Source of the DNA: Rubrobacteraceae bacterium
GTDB lineage: Bacteria; Actinomycetota; Rubrobacteria; Rubrobacterales; Rubrobacteraceae
Direction: 5' to 3'
Assembly (NCBI GenBank): GCA_035642415.1
Contig: DASQSI010000166.1
Coordinates: 1 to 60,536 of the forward strand
DNA: 60,536 nt
Position numbers and translations under genes: made by a program. The stretch's first letter is position 1; the number at the start of each line of letters is the position of its first letter. Below the pieces are notes generated by a model, which was given only the letters and a program-made list of their open reading frames with translations, did not search any database and was not told the DNA's origin. Shown piece by piece: positions 37,550-51,392 of the stretch.

Positions 37550-38890
37550 GTGCTCCAACGCATCCGCAATCGACTCACTTTAGGCTACGTCGGCATCTTC
37601 GCGCTGATCCTAATGGTCTTAGGAGCGGTTGTGGTAGTGAGCTTCTGGCGGCACACAGCCGCCCAGCAGGATGAACTGCTCGCCCAAAAGGCGGAGGGAG
37701 CATCCGACTACATGAAGGTCTTGCTGCGCCGGGACTACGAAGGGACACTAAACCGCGAAGAGCGAAACCGTCCTCCCGACGCTCCCGTGGGCCCCCTCCA
37801 GGCGAGCACGGAGTCAGACATCGGCGTGATCGCTGTGGTGCCACCCGCCAGCGGGGACAGCGAGGGCACCAGCAGGGTCTTGGACTCAAGCTCCTCGTCT
37901 GCGTCTTTTGGCCTGCCCTTCGAAGAGCTGGCTCAAAGGACCGCCCGAGAAGGGGTGACGATCACTAAGACGGTTCAAGGGCCCAACGACGAAGAAGTGC
38001 GGGCGGTAAGCATCCCTGTAAGCGGGTCTGAAGGGCAGGTAGGCGTCGTGCAAGCCGCGCAGTTGCGCCAGGTAGTCTGGGAGAGGGTGCGCAACCTGCT
38101 CCTCATCCTAGTACCCGTCGGTCTCGGGGGACTCCTGTTAGCAGGCCTCGGCGGACTGTACATGGCCCGCCGGGCGATGCAGCCAGTCGAGGACTCCTTC
38201 AGACGCCAGCGCACCTTCATCGCCGACGCCTCCCACGAGCTAAAGACCCCTTTAGCGCTTGCCAAAATCCACACGGAGCTGATGCGGCGTAACCCCACCG
38301 ACCCGGAAAACGAGGAGATCCTCGAGGAGCAGCTCGCCGAGATCGACCGGATGGACACACTACTCTCCGACTTGCTCGTCCTAGCCCGGCTCGACGCCGG
38401 CAGACTCGGCGTGGAGAACAAGCCCTTCGACCTTGCAGCTGTCTCGGCTGAGACAACCGGGCGCTTCCTCAAGAGAGCGGCCGAGGAGGGAGTCCACCTC
38501 GAGGTAGAGGTCTCAAGCGAGCTTCCGGCATGCGGCGACTCCGAACGTACCAGCCAGATTCTGGCCGCGCTGCTCGACAACGCCATAAGGCATACACCTA
38601 AAGGTGGCAGCGTAACCGTCTCCGGGCATACCTTAGACGGCTGGGTAGTGCTGAGCGTGAAGGACACTGGCTCGGGGATCCCCTCAAAGCACCTGCCGCG
38701 CATCTTCGACCGGTTCTACCGGGCCGAGGAGGCTCGCACACGAAACGGTGGAGGCACGGGTCTGGGGCTTGCCATTGCCCGGGATTTGGCCCGCGCCCAA
38801 GACGGTGACCTTGTGGCCGGCAACACACCCGATGGCGATGGGGCGAGCTTCACGCTGAAGCTGCCCATGGGTCCCTCACCAAGTTCTTAG
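37550..38890 (+). CDS. Membrane sensor histidine kinase (OmpR-system type), orphan
   Basis: Two TMs, H-box DASHELKTPL, N-box DNAIRH, DTGSG, FDRFYR, GTGLGL. Confidence 0.93.
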   Translation: MLQRIRNRLTLGYVGIFALILMVLGAVVVVSFWRHTAAQQDELLAQKAEGASDYMKVLLRRDYEGTLNREERNRPPDAPVGPLQASTESDIGVIAVVPPASGDSEGTSRVLDSSSSSASFGLPFEELAQRTAREGVTITKTVQGPNDEEVRAVSIPVSGSEGQVGVVQAAQLRQVVWERVRNLLLILVPVGLGGLLLAGLGGLYMARRAMQPVEDSFRRQRTFIADASHELKTPLALAKIHTELMRRNPTDPENEEILEEQLAEIDRMDTLLSDLLVLARLDAGRLGVENKPFDLAAVSAETTGRFLKRAAEEGVHLEVEVSSELPACGDSERTSQILAALLDNAIRHTPKGGSVTVSGHTLDGWVVLSVKDTGSGIPSKHLPRIFDRFYRAEEARTRNGGGTGLGLAIARDLARAQDGDLVAGNTPDGDGASFTLKLPMGPSPSS

Positions 38891-39548
38891 TGCCCCTACT
38901 GTTGGCCATTATTAGGGCTGGGTAGCAGCGCGCGAGGGCCTGATAAGCTAAGCGCCCCCAACCAACAGCTGCAAGGCGTAGCGCGCGACAGAAAGCCGAC
39001 ACTTATCAGATTTGACGCCGATTGCAGTTGCGTGGCTCACATTTGTTACCTACTCCGGGCTGCCTCTAAACCTCGAGCTACACCCGTCCCCTAAGGAAAA
39101 GCGGATGTTTGGCGGTATCAGGGGACGGGCCGATAAAAGATAGCGTCTCGTTGGAGATAAGCGTCAGAGAAGATATCCAACGAGGCTATCTGTTGGTTGC
39201 TATTCTACACCCCCACGTACTACCTGCTACATAAAAGCCCATGGGCAAGAGAGACGCACCGGACTGGAAGGACATTGAAGGTTGTTGGTCCCACGAAGGG
39301 CAGTACACCAGCCCGGTAATGAAATGTGATCCTACCATGTTAGCAATGACAAAACGTAGAGGCCGTAGCACCTTTGCCCAAGCATCCGGGACATGTACAC
39401 CCTATGTTGTAGCTATTAGCCTCCCCTCCTCCGAGGTGTTGCTACATAAGAGAAAAGGAGAATCCTACTCGCCCGCCTTCTGCCTAAACCCCTACCCATC
39501 GCCTTGCTCTATTCGGCACCTCCTCTTCTCGCAATGAGGTTTTAGACG

Positions 39549-39572
39549 GTTGGGGTAAAACGTGGGGTCAAA
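39549..39572. repeat. Tandem 12-bp repeat, putative integrase arm-type sites
   Basis: gttggggtaaaa cgtggggtcaaa lies 55 bp from the att core. Related tggggtcagaa / aggggtaaac occur at the ends of both integrase remnants (26462, 28676, 28704). Confidence 0.55.
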
Positions 39573-39621
39573 GGGGCCTAAAGAACCGGAGAAAAGCAGC
39601 GTTTGTCCTGCAAATGAGAAA

Positions 39622-40033
39622 GTCGGGCCGTCCCGTAAGCCGGATTCTGCTCTATCCCGCCATCCATCTCCGGGAGAGATTCTCCCGGGCTCCTCTTAGA
39701 GGAGCCGCGCCTACCAGCCCGGAGCCCGAAGGCTCCGGGACAATTTGGCTTGCTCGCACCGGTGGTTTACCTGGCCGGCCCCTCGCGGAGTACCGCCGGT
39801 GGGCTCTTACCCCACCCTTTCACCCATCACCTGTGTCCGGAAGATCCGAACCATCGGCTGGTCTGCTCTCTGTTGCACTTGACGTAACGGGGAGCTTACG
39901 CTGCCCCGTCCCTCGGGTTCTTAGCCCGAGCGGCCTTTCCAAACCGGAAGCTTCCGGTCCTCGCGAGTCCGGACTTTTCTCTGCGCCGCAGCTTTGCTTC
40001 GGGGCGCAGCGACGGGTCGGACGGCCCGAGCCT
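39622..40033 (-). ncRNA. rnpB: RNase P RNA (bacterial type A)
   Basis: Minus strand has GAAAAGTCCGGACTC, GTGCAACAGAGAGCAGACC, GTGAAAGGGTGGGGTAAGAGCCCACC, GGTAAACC and CAGAATCCGGCTTAC. P1 TCGGGCCGTCC/GGACGGCCCGA. TATAAT at 40041-40046. Confidence 0.96.
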
Positions 40034-40041
40034 GGGGCATA

Positions 40042-40446
40042 TTATACCGCCGGACCACGTCCGAGGAGTACGATCTTCGTGGGGCTCAGGCGTATCTCGA
40101 CCTTGTCGACCCGGCTCCAGCAGCCCTGCCAGCGCGGGCTGTCCGCGACCGCCGGGTCGAACCAGACCCCCGCGCTCCCCTCAAGACCTCCGTTGTGTTC
40201 GAGGGCCCCTTCATAAGCTTCATAGTCCGTAGGGTCGGCGAGCGGGTCCCGCAGATCCTTGCGGTAGATGCCCTTGCGGGATCGGAAGGACTGCACGCTG
40301 GAAGCGCTCGTCCCGAGAGCGTTTGCGATCCACTCGTCGCTTTTGCCCTCGTCCACCCAGCGCTTCACGTCGTCTACGAATTTCCTGAGTGAGACCCTCT
40401 GGTTTATGCCCACGCCGCCTCCCATCCTCTTGTCGTACAAAGGCAT
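40042..40446 (-). CDS. Hypothetical protein with N-terminal HTH-like motif
   Basis: GKSDEWIANALGTSASSVQSFR resembles an HTH. Start uncertain (GTG at 40413 possible). Confidence 0.65.
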   Translation of the reverse strand: MPLYDKRMGGGVGINQRVSLRKFVDDVKRWVDEGKSDEWIANALGTSASSVQSFRSRKGIYRKDLRDPLADPTDYEAYEGALEHNGGLEGSAGVWFDPAVADSPRWQGCWSRVDKVEIRLSPTKIVLLGRGPAV

Positions 40447-40505
40447 CTTACGTATCCGGCGAACGGATTTCCAGAGTGGCGCGGCGGTCGTAGTAAACTA
40501 GGTTT

Positions 40506-40799
40506 ATGGACACTTTTATCGGCTTCGTGGTCGAGGTCCTTCGCCTAGTGCCCCTGATCCTCGCCTTCTATGTGCCGGCCCTCATGGGGTTGGTCCTTTT
40601 GAAGGAACGCGGGGAGAGTTTCAGGATCAAAGCCGGCCTGGTCTTCGTCATAGGTTTCGGGGGAATCGTCGCGGCGCAATTGTTGCTGCGTAGCCTCTCT
40701 GTGCTCCATATGGCCCAGACCGTCGCGATCTCGCTCCTTCAGATCGCGGCCGCGCTCCTCTTCGCGGCGCTCACCGTCTACAAGCTGGCCGACTACTAG
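40506..40799 (+). CDS. Small membrane protein
   Basis: Three hydrophobic helices. Confidence 0.7.
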   Translation: MDTFIGFVVEVLRLVPLILAFYVPALMGLVLLKERGESFRIKAGLVFVIGFGGIVAAQLLLRSLSVLHMAQTVAISLLQIAAALLFAALTVYKLADY

Positions 40800-41995
40800 G
40801 AGGCTTGGGTCTCGAGGATAGATTTAACCTCTTCACGGTCACGGTCGAGTGTGTAAAAGGTTATGTTAGCCTTAGCTTCTTTGTAAGGTTTGGTGCGCAC
40901 GGGCGTGAGGTAGCCAGCGTTTAGCATAGCCTCTATGACCTCCTGGATCTCCTCCTGCGTTAGCTCGAGCTCCCCGCGTTCTTCCAGGTCGCGGATACCT
41001 TCGAAGATCTCCACGGATGATGCTGGCTCCCGCAGGCTCGCAATGGTCTTGCAGATGGTTCCCAGCTCGTAGGGTGTCAGGTCCTCGACGAGGTCGAAGT
41101 CCTGCACCGCCGGCAACCCCGCCGGTTCCCCAATCCCGTCTCCCTGGGACCGTTCGTCCGACCGAGCTGCAGCCTCTCTCGGCTCCTCGCCAGCCAGATC
41201 AGACTCGGAGGTTTCGGGAACCTCCTCATCCGGAAGGTAGACGTGCAACTCCAAATCCTGGTCGACCGTGTTCACGAGTCCCCGACGCTCGGCCTCGACC
41301 ACGAAGTCCTTGAACTTCCTAAAGCCCTCGTTGCGCTCGTCGAACGAGCCGAGCTGCACGATCATCTGCTGCTTGACCTGCCCAAGGACCCGCGTTTTAC
41401 CACTCTTCTTCAGCGTCTCGACGGCCCGAACGAGTTCCCTGTACGGGTCAGCCGTCTCCTTCTTCAACTCCTTATCCTGGGCGCGAGCCGCGCGCTCCTC
41501 CTCGAGCAACGAAGAATAGGAGATGAAGTGGTCAGCCGTTTCGATCAGATGATATGAGGTCGCCTCGGAGACCCCAATCACCACAACCCGCTTGCCCCGG
41601 CTCCGCAAGAGGTTCACGAGCGGGATGAAGTCCCCGTCCCCGGTTACCAGAACGTAGGTATCCACCTGCGGATGGGCATGTAAAAAGTCTGAGCATTCCA
41701 CCGCCAGCATAACGTCTATCGAATTCGTCCGGCGCTTCTGGGAGCGGCCGCCAGGGAAATACCGCGCGGAGATATAACGTGGGGAGATACCGTTGGAGTA
41801 GAGCGTCGGGGGTGCGTCGCGAAAGTCGCCGTCGGTCCAGTCAGCGTAAGCCATCGCGGAGACGATACGCCCGTACTCACGGGCCTTCTCCAGGATGGCC
41901 GAGACGTTGGGCTTCGCCCCGTACTCCGTAACCGTAGAGATGTAGATGTTCTCCCAGTCGATAAAAATTGCTAGATCTTCGGTCATAACGGTCAT
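40796..41995 (-). CDS. NYN (LabA-like) domain protein with LOTUS/OST-HTH
   Basis: IFIDWEN, NSIDVMLAV, LVTGDGDFIPL; FDERNEGFRKFKDFV LOTUS-like segment. Start set at ATG 41995. Confidence 0.88.
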   Translation of the reverse strand: MTVMTEDLAIFIDWENIYISTVTEYGAKPNVSAILEKAREYGRIVSAMAYADWTDGDFRDAPPTLYSNGISPRYISARYFPGGRSQKRRTNSIDVMLAVECSDFLHAHPQVDTYVLVTGDGDFIPLVNLLRSRGKRVVVIGVSEATSYHLIETADHFISYSSLLEEERAARAQDKELKKETADPYRELVRAVETLKKSGKTRVLGQVKQQMIVQLGSFDERNEGFRKFKDFVVEAERRGLVNTVDQDLELHVYLPDEEVPETSESDLAGEEPREAAARSDERSQGDGIGEPAGLPAVQDFDLVEDLTPYELGTICKTIASLREPASSVEIFEGIRDLEERGELELTQEEIQEVIEAMLNAGYLTPVRTKPYKEAKANITFYTLDRDREEVKSILETQAS

Positions 41996-42005
41996 AAACG
42001 ACTCA

Positions 42006-42401
42006 TCACACGTTGTAGCGCTCGCGCAGCGGTATCGCAGTCTGGGCAAGGGTCTCTTCGTTGAGCTCGGCCTCTATCCACAGGAGCCTTTCCTTGGCCT
42101 CGAAGTCCCTCTGAAGATCGAAGGCCGCCACGATGGTCGCCGGTCCCTCTTCGCCACTCAGCCAGACGGAGTACTCGGCCGACTCCTCAAGCACTTCGCC
42201 GTCCTCGTCGGTAACCAAGATCCTGGCCCGCCGCTCCCCCTCGGCCACGTGCTCACACCCCTCGAACTTGGCGTAGACGACGAAGTAGAACGCTTCATCG
42301 TCCACATTGGGTCTGAGCTCATCGAGCACCCCGAACAGGGTGATCCGGCCATCAAACTCGCTGCAGCTCTCTGCCAGGACGAGGGCTGTGCACTCGACCA
42401 C
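42006..42401 (-). CDS. Hypothetical beta-rich protein downstream of gyrA
   Basis: Protein-like ORF in the gyrA-NYN run. Start set at GTG 42401 to avoid overlapping gyrA. Confidence 0.6.
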   Translation of the reverse strand: MVECTALVLAESCSEFDGRITLFGVLDELRPNVDDEAFYFVVYAKFEGCEHVAEGERRARILVTDEDGEVLEESAEYSVWLSGEEGPATIVAAFDLQRDFEAKERLLWIEAELNEETLAQTAIPLRERYNV

Positions 42402-42420
42402 GCCCTGGCAGGTCCCGTCG

Positions 42421-46909
<4,489 letters not shown>

Positions 46910-47078
46910 TTAATAGAGCTTGACCAGCGCCTCCGCTGGGACTAACTTTTCTGGGTATCTCAGCACCCGTAGATTCTAACACATCCTGTATGTTTTCTAA
47001 ACGCCGAAATGACCGTTTTGTGGCTTAAATAAGCGGTCCAGCAAGCCTTGGTAGGCCCCTGTACGATCCCTGGTATCC

Positions 47079-48173
47079 TCAAATGATCGAGCCCCCAGAT
47101 ATGCGTACGATCCTCGCCCGTTCGAGTACCTCACCCTCGAAGTACTCGAGGTTTGTCGTGGAGATAACGGCCTGAGCGCTTTCCAGAAAGTAATCGGACA
47201 GGTACCCTCGCCGACGCTCGTCGAGTTCGCTCATCACGTCGTCGAATAGCAGGATCGGGTCATGTCCAGTCTTGGCGCGCAGGTACTCTCTCGCCGCGAA
47301 CTTCAGGGCTAGTGTCGTAAGCCGTTGCTGACCCTGAGACCCGTAAGTCGTCATGCTCACCCCACCAAGGAGCATTGCGAAGTCGTCTCGGTGGGGCCCA
47401 ACCGAAGTGCTGCCGCGCTCTATGTCGGCGTTGTATGCCTCTGTGAGCGCCTCCGCGTACCGGTCGAGGGGTGTGCTATACGAGTACCGCAGCTCGGCCT
47501 TCTCGGAGCCGTACAGTGCCTTTACGGCGTCTTCGAAGAGTGAGGCCAGGGTACCGATCGCCGCGGTGCGGCCTTCGAGGATCTCTTTGCCGAGCTGCAC
47601 GACCTTCCGGTCCCAGGTCAAGAGCGTCCTCTCGGAAGAGAAGCCGTCTCGGATGCGCCTGAGAAGCTGGTTGCGCTGCTGGACAGCCCGGGCGTACTCT
47701 GCAACGGCGCGAGCATAGGCCGGGCGTAGCGAGGAGAGCAACCCGTCGAGGAACTCCCGGCGGTCGGCAGGAGCGCCCTTGACAACGCGGATGTCGTCGG
47801 GAAAGAAGGTGATAACTCTCACCCCCGCGCCGCCAGCGGCGTAGGCCGCCAGAGAGGTGGCGGGGACGCCGTCCACGGTAAGGCGCTTCTTCTGGCCGGG
47901 GGCGTAGCCGACGGCTACTTTGCGTTCCTCGTCGCCATACAAGTTCACGCGAATCTCGGTTCGAGTGAAGTCCTGGCCCCAGCGGACGACCTCCGAATCA
48001 TTCGGGGTGCGGGGGGTCGAGCCGGCGATGGTAAAGGCCACGGCTTCGAGGAGATTCGTCTTACCCTGGGCGTTGTCACCAACTACCACGTTGAGGCCCG
48101 GGGCAAAGAGCACGGCCGCGTCAGCATAGTTGCGGAAGTTGATAAGCCTCAAAGCGCGCAGATAGGAGCTCAC
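47079..48173 (-). CDS. recF: DNA replication/repair protein RecF
   Basis: GDNAQGKTN, GPHRDD, GSQGQQR, DDVMSELD. GTG start overlaps the yaaA stop. Confidence 0.96.
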   Translation of the reverse strand: MSSYLRALRLINFRNYADAAVLFAPGLNVVVGDNAQGKTNLLEAVAFTIAGSTPRTPNDSEVVRWGQDFTRTEIRVNLYGDEERKVAVGYAPGQKKRLTVDGVPATSLAAYAAGGAGVRVITFFPDDIRVVKGAPADRREFLDGLLSSLRPAYARAVAEYARAVQQRNQLLRRIRDGFSSERTLLTWDRKVVQLGKEILEGRTAAIGTLASLFEDAVKALYGSEKAELRYSYSTPLDRYAEALTEAYNADIERGSTSVGPHRDDFAMLLGGVSMTTYGSQGQQRLTTLALKFAAREYLRAKTGHDPILLFDDVMSELDERRRGYLSDYFLESAQAVISTTNLEYFEGEVLERARIVRISGGSII

Positions 48174-48364
48174 CGGATCTCTAGCCTCTCCCACCACACC
48201 TCAACAACGTCACCCTCGTGTAGCTTGCGGCCGCGGCGGGTTTCGATCTCGCCGTTGACCCTGACCTCACCGCCTTGGATCAGGATCTTCGCCTCCCCGC
48301 CGGTCCCAACGATATTTGCAGCCTTGAGAGCCTGGCCGAGGGTTATGTCGGAGGATAGGCGCAA
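48170..48364 (-). CDS. yaaA: S4-domain RNA-binding protein YaaA
   Basis: ITLGQALK..GTGGEAK..VNGEIETRRGRKL. Confidence 0.9.
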   Translation of the reverse strand: MRLSSDITLGQALKAANIVGTGGEAKILIQGGEVRVNGEIETRRGRKLHEGDVVEVWWERLEIR

Positions 48365-48371
48365 GGTCCTC

Positions 48372-49502
48372 CTAGCCTTGTAATGGGTCGCGCATCGGCA
48401 TGATCAGGTACAAAAAATCCGGCTCCTCTCTCTCGGTCTCCGGCAATACCAGCCCGGGCTTGAGAGACTCGTTGAGCCTGAAGAGGACGTTCTCCGTATC
48501 CACTGCCGAGACGCCATCCAAGAGGTAGCTCGGGTTGAAAGAGATGTGGAAGTCATCCTCGCTGGTGGCGGCCAACCTTTCTCGTGCCTCCCCCACCTCT
48601 CCGCTTCTCACCATCATCTCCACAGTATCCTTAGAGAAGGTCAGGCTCACCGGAATCGGTGGTGTCTGACGCTGGGCAAAGAGGCTCACGCGGCGCAAAG
48701 AGTCGATCAGATCCTCTCGCCGGATAGAGATCTCACGCTCGTAGGCATCGGGCAACAAGCGCCTGTACTCGGGGAAGTTACCTTCGATGAGCCTCGTGCC
48801 GAAGAGGACGTCCCCGACCCTGAACAACGCCTGGTTCTCCGAGAGCGCTACTTCGACCTGCTCCTCATCAGACCCAGAGAAGATGCGGCTCACCTCCTGC
48901 ATCGCCCGGGCGGGGATTATAGCCTCCCGCGAACCTTCGAACGTGGTAGCGAGTTCGGTCTCCTTGATGCTGAGGCGATAGGAGTCTGTCGTCACCATCC
49001 TGACACGCGAATCTTCGAAGGAGATCAGGATCCCCGTCAAAACAGGCCGCGTCTCGTCTCGAGAGTAAGACCGTGAAACTTTCTCGACGGTCTCGACAAG
49101 CGCCTCACCACTCATCTTGAAGGCTACCGACTCGTCGAACTGCGGTAGCCGTGGGAAATCTTCGGCCGCATACGTCCGGATACGGTACTCGTTCTCCCGC
49201 GCCGAGAGGCGTACTACTCCTTCTGAGAAATCATGCTCGAGCATGATTTCTCCCCCTCTCAACGAACGCACCACATCGTTGAAGATGCGTGCCGGGATCA
49301 CCACCCGCCCCCCTTCCTCGATGCGGGCAGGTGAAGAGGTTTGGATCGAAATCTCCATGTCCGTAGCCGAGAGCCTCACCTTCTCGTCCTCACCCTCTAA
49401 TAGTATTCCGCCGAGAAGTTGGATAGTTGAACGCGCCGACACTCCCCGCGAAACCAATGCGAGCTTCCCGCTAAATAGATCTGTGTTACAAACAACTCTC
49501 AT
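48372..49502 (-). CDS. dnaN: DNA polymerase III beta clamp
   Basis: ATDMEI, TDSYRL, RLIEGNFPEY, LIMPMR. Confidence 0.97.
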   Translation of the reverse strand: MRVVCNTDLFSGKLALVSRGVSARSTIQLLGGILLEGEDEKVRLSATDMEISIQTSSPARIEEGGRVVIPARIFNDVVRSLRGGEIMLEHDFSEGVVRLSARENEYRIRTYAAEDFPRLPQFDESVAFKMSGEALVETVEKVSRSYSRDETRPVLTGILISFEDSRVRMVTTDSYRLSIKETELATTFEGSREAIIPARAMQEVSRIFSGSDEEQVEVALSENQALFRVGDVLFGTRLIEGNFPEYRRLLPDAYEREISIRREDLIDSLRRVSLFAQRQTPPIPVSLTFSKDTVEMMVRSGEVGEARERLAATSEDDFHISFNPSYLLDGVSAVDTENVLFRLNESLKPGLVLPETEREEPDFLYLIMPMRDPLQG

Positions 49503-50039
49503 CGCTCTCCCTCTTTCCTCTAATATTATTTAAATCCTTATGTCTTATAATAATATTAATAATAAGGCTTGTGGATATGTGGAAAACTGCCTTGGTTCCC
49601 TTTAATTAAGCCGAAAACCTCCTCTTAAACCTGTGAATAAAATTGTGGATAAGTAGCCTCTTCCTGTGGAAGAAATGTGGACAACTCGCGAGTTGTCCAC
49701 AGCCTCGAGTTATCCACATAATTCTCCACAGGTTTATCCACAGCTTCTACCCCTGTTATCCACAGGTTTATCCACAGCTCGTGTTGTTGAAGCGGCATAA
49801 AACATCGAAATTACAGTACCACCCTGGAAAATTATCCACATCAGAGAGAGTTTATCCACAGATACTGTGGATAAGTATAAGATTTTGTGGATAATTGCGC
49901 GGTATCGCACCCTGAAAAGGAGTAAGTTCTCCACAGCGAGGACGCAGCCTGGGGAAGAAATGTGGATAACTTTCGTCAAGCATGCTTATAGAGCGTTACA
50001 AACTCCCCTCCCTAGTGGGAGGGGTGGAGCAGGGATTTT
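49503..50039. other. oriC (dnaA-dnaN intergenic)
   Basis: Ten perfect DnaA boxes (49644, 49710, 49734, 49756, 49768, 49832, 49852, 49866, 49886, 49961) plus about eight variants. AT-rich unwinding region at 49521-49565 with TAA/TAT trinucleotide repeats next to a box pair. Confidence 0.95.
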
Positions 50040-51389
50040 TCAGCGCTTACTTTTGATGTGGTAGGTGAGCTCGTGGATCTGGCTAAAGACATCGCGGTCG
50101 CTGTTTATCAGATTAGCGATCTTGGCGGTTGCGTGCATGACGGTCGAGTGATCACGACCGCCGAAGGCGCGTCCGATTTTGGGGAGCGATTCGTCGGTAA
50201 GCTCCCGGCAGAGGTACATGGCGATCTGCCGGGGGTAAGCGAAGGCTTTGGAGCGGCTGGCGCCTGTGAGGTCGCTCTTCGAGATGCCGAAGTACCGGCA
50301 GACCTCGTGCTGGATGAGTTCGACTGGGATCTCGCGGTAGGCTGCGTCGGGCAGGATATCCTTCAAGACCTCTTCCGAGAGGTCCACACTCACGGTGCGT
50401 CCGTAGAGCGAAGCGTAGGCCAGTATGCGCACCAGTGCCCCCTCTAACTCCCGGATGTTCGTCGAGACCTTGGAGGCTATAAAGGTCAGGACCTCATCAT
50501 CGACCTCCAGCTGATCCATGAGCGCCTTCTTGCGCAGGATCGCGATTCGGGTCTCCAGATCGGGCGGCTGAATATCGGTTACCAGCCCCCACTCGAAGCG
50601 GGACACCAGGCGGTCTTCGAGGGTTGGTATGTACTTTGGGTGCCTATCAGAGGTTATAACTATCTGCTTGTTCTCCTCGTACAGTGCGTTGAACGTGTGG
50701 AAGAATGCCTCTTGAGTTTCGATCTTCCCTTCCAGAAAATGTATATCGTCGATGAGAAGGACGTCGTTCTCTCGGTAGCGCTTCTGGAAGCCTAAAGGGG
50801 CGTTGTCCCTCACGGAGTTGATGAAGTCGTTGGTGAAGTTCTCGCAGGTGACGTACTTGACCTTCATGCTCGGGTCCTGGTCTTCGACGTACTGGCCCAC
50901 GGCGTGCAACAGGTGTGTCTTTCCTAGGCCTACTCCCCCGTAAATGAAAAGGGGATTATAGACGACGCCGGGGGTCTCCGACACCGCCAATGCCGCCGCG
51001 TGGGCGAACCGGTTACCGGCGCCGATGACGAAAGTGTCGAAGGTGTACTTGGCCTTGAACGGGCGTGGCGTGCGAATGTTGCGGACGAATTCGGCGCCGT
51101 TCGAACCACGGCCGTTCCACCTCTCCGCTCCCTGAACGCCCTCGATACTCACGGCGAGGGTCGTATCCTCACGGCCCAGCGTCGAGCCGAGGGCCTCCTC
51201 CAAAACTGGTTTGAAGCGGCTTTCGATGTACTCTTTGGCGAAGGAGTTGGGGACAGAGATCTCCAGCCGACCCTCGTAGAGTTCTACCGGCCTCGTGCCC
51301 TCGAACCAGACTCGCAAAGAGGGCTGCTTTATGTGCTCCGACGCGCGGTCGAGCACCTCCGTCCAGACCTCTTCGATCGAGCGCTGCAC
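50040..51389 (-). CDS. dnaA: Chromosomal replication initiator DnaA
   Basis: YNPLFIYGGVGLGKTHL, LLIDD, SRFEWGL, GGRDHSTV. Confidence 0.98.
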   Translation of the reverse strand: MQRSIEEVWTEVLDRASEHIKQPSLRVWFEGTRPVELYEGRLEISVPNSFAKEYIESRFKPVLEEALGSTLGREDTTLAVSIEGVQGAERWNGRGSNGAEFVRNIRTPRPFKAKYTFDTFVIGAGNRFAHAAALAVSETPGVVYNPLFIYGGVGLGKTHLLHAVGQYVEDQDPSMKVKYVTCENFTNDFINSVRDNAPLGFQKRYRENDVLLIDDIHFLEGKIETQEAFFHTFNALYEENKQIVITSDRHPKYIPTLEDRLVSRFEWGLVTDIQPPDLETRIAILRKKALMDQLEVDDEVLTFIASKVSTNIRELEGALVRILAYASLYGRTVSVDLSEEVLKDILPDAAYREIPVELIQHEVCRYFGISKSDLTGASRSKAFAYPRQIAMYLCRELTDESLPKIGRAFGGRDHSTVMHATAKIANLINSDRDVFSQIHELTYHIKSKR

Positions 51390-51392
51390 TCG

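Larger units (their letters stand above)
26354..39626. mobile_element. Decayed integrative genomic island inserted at the rnpB 3' end
   Basis: Flanked by a 26-bp direct repeat. Contains two tyrosine-integrase remnants, arm-like repeats, pseudogenes and accessory cargo. Confidence 0.85.

Noticed and set aside
39614-40216. 200-aa plus-strand ORF
   Set aside because: Antisense to rnpB; a shadow ORF.
49643-50064. Short ORFs in the dnaA-dnaN gap
   Set aside because: They are translations of DnaA-box repeats in oriC.
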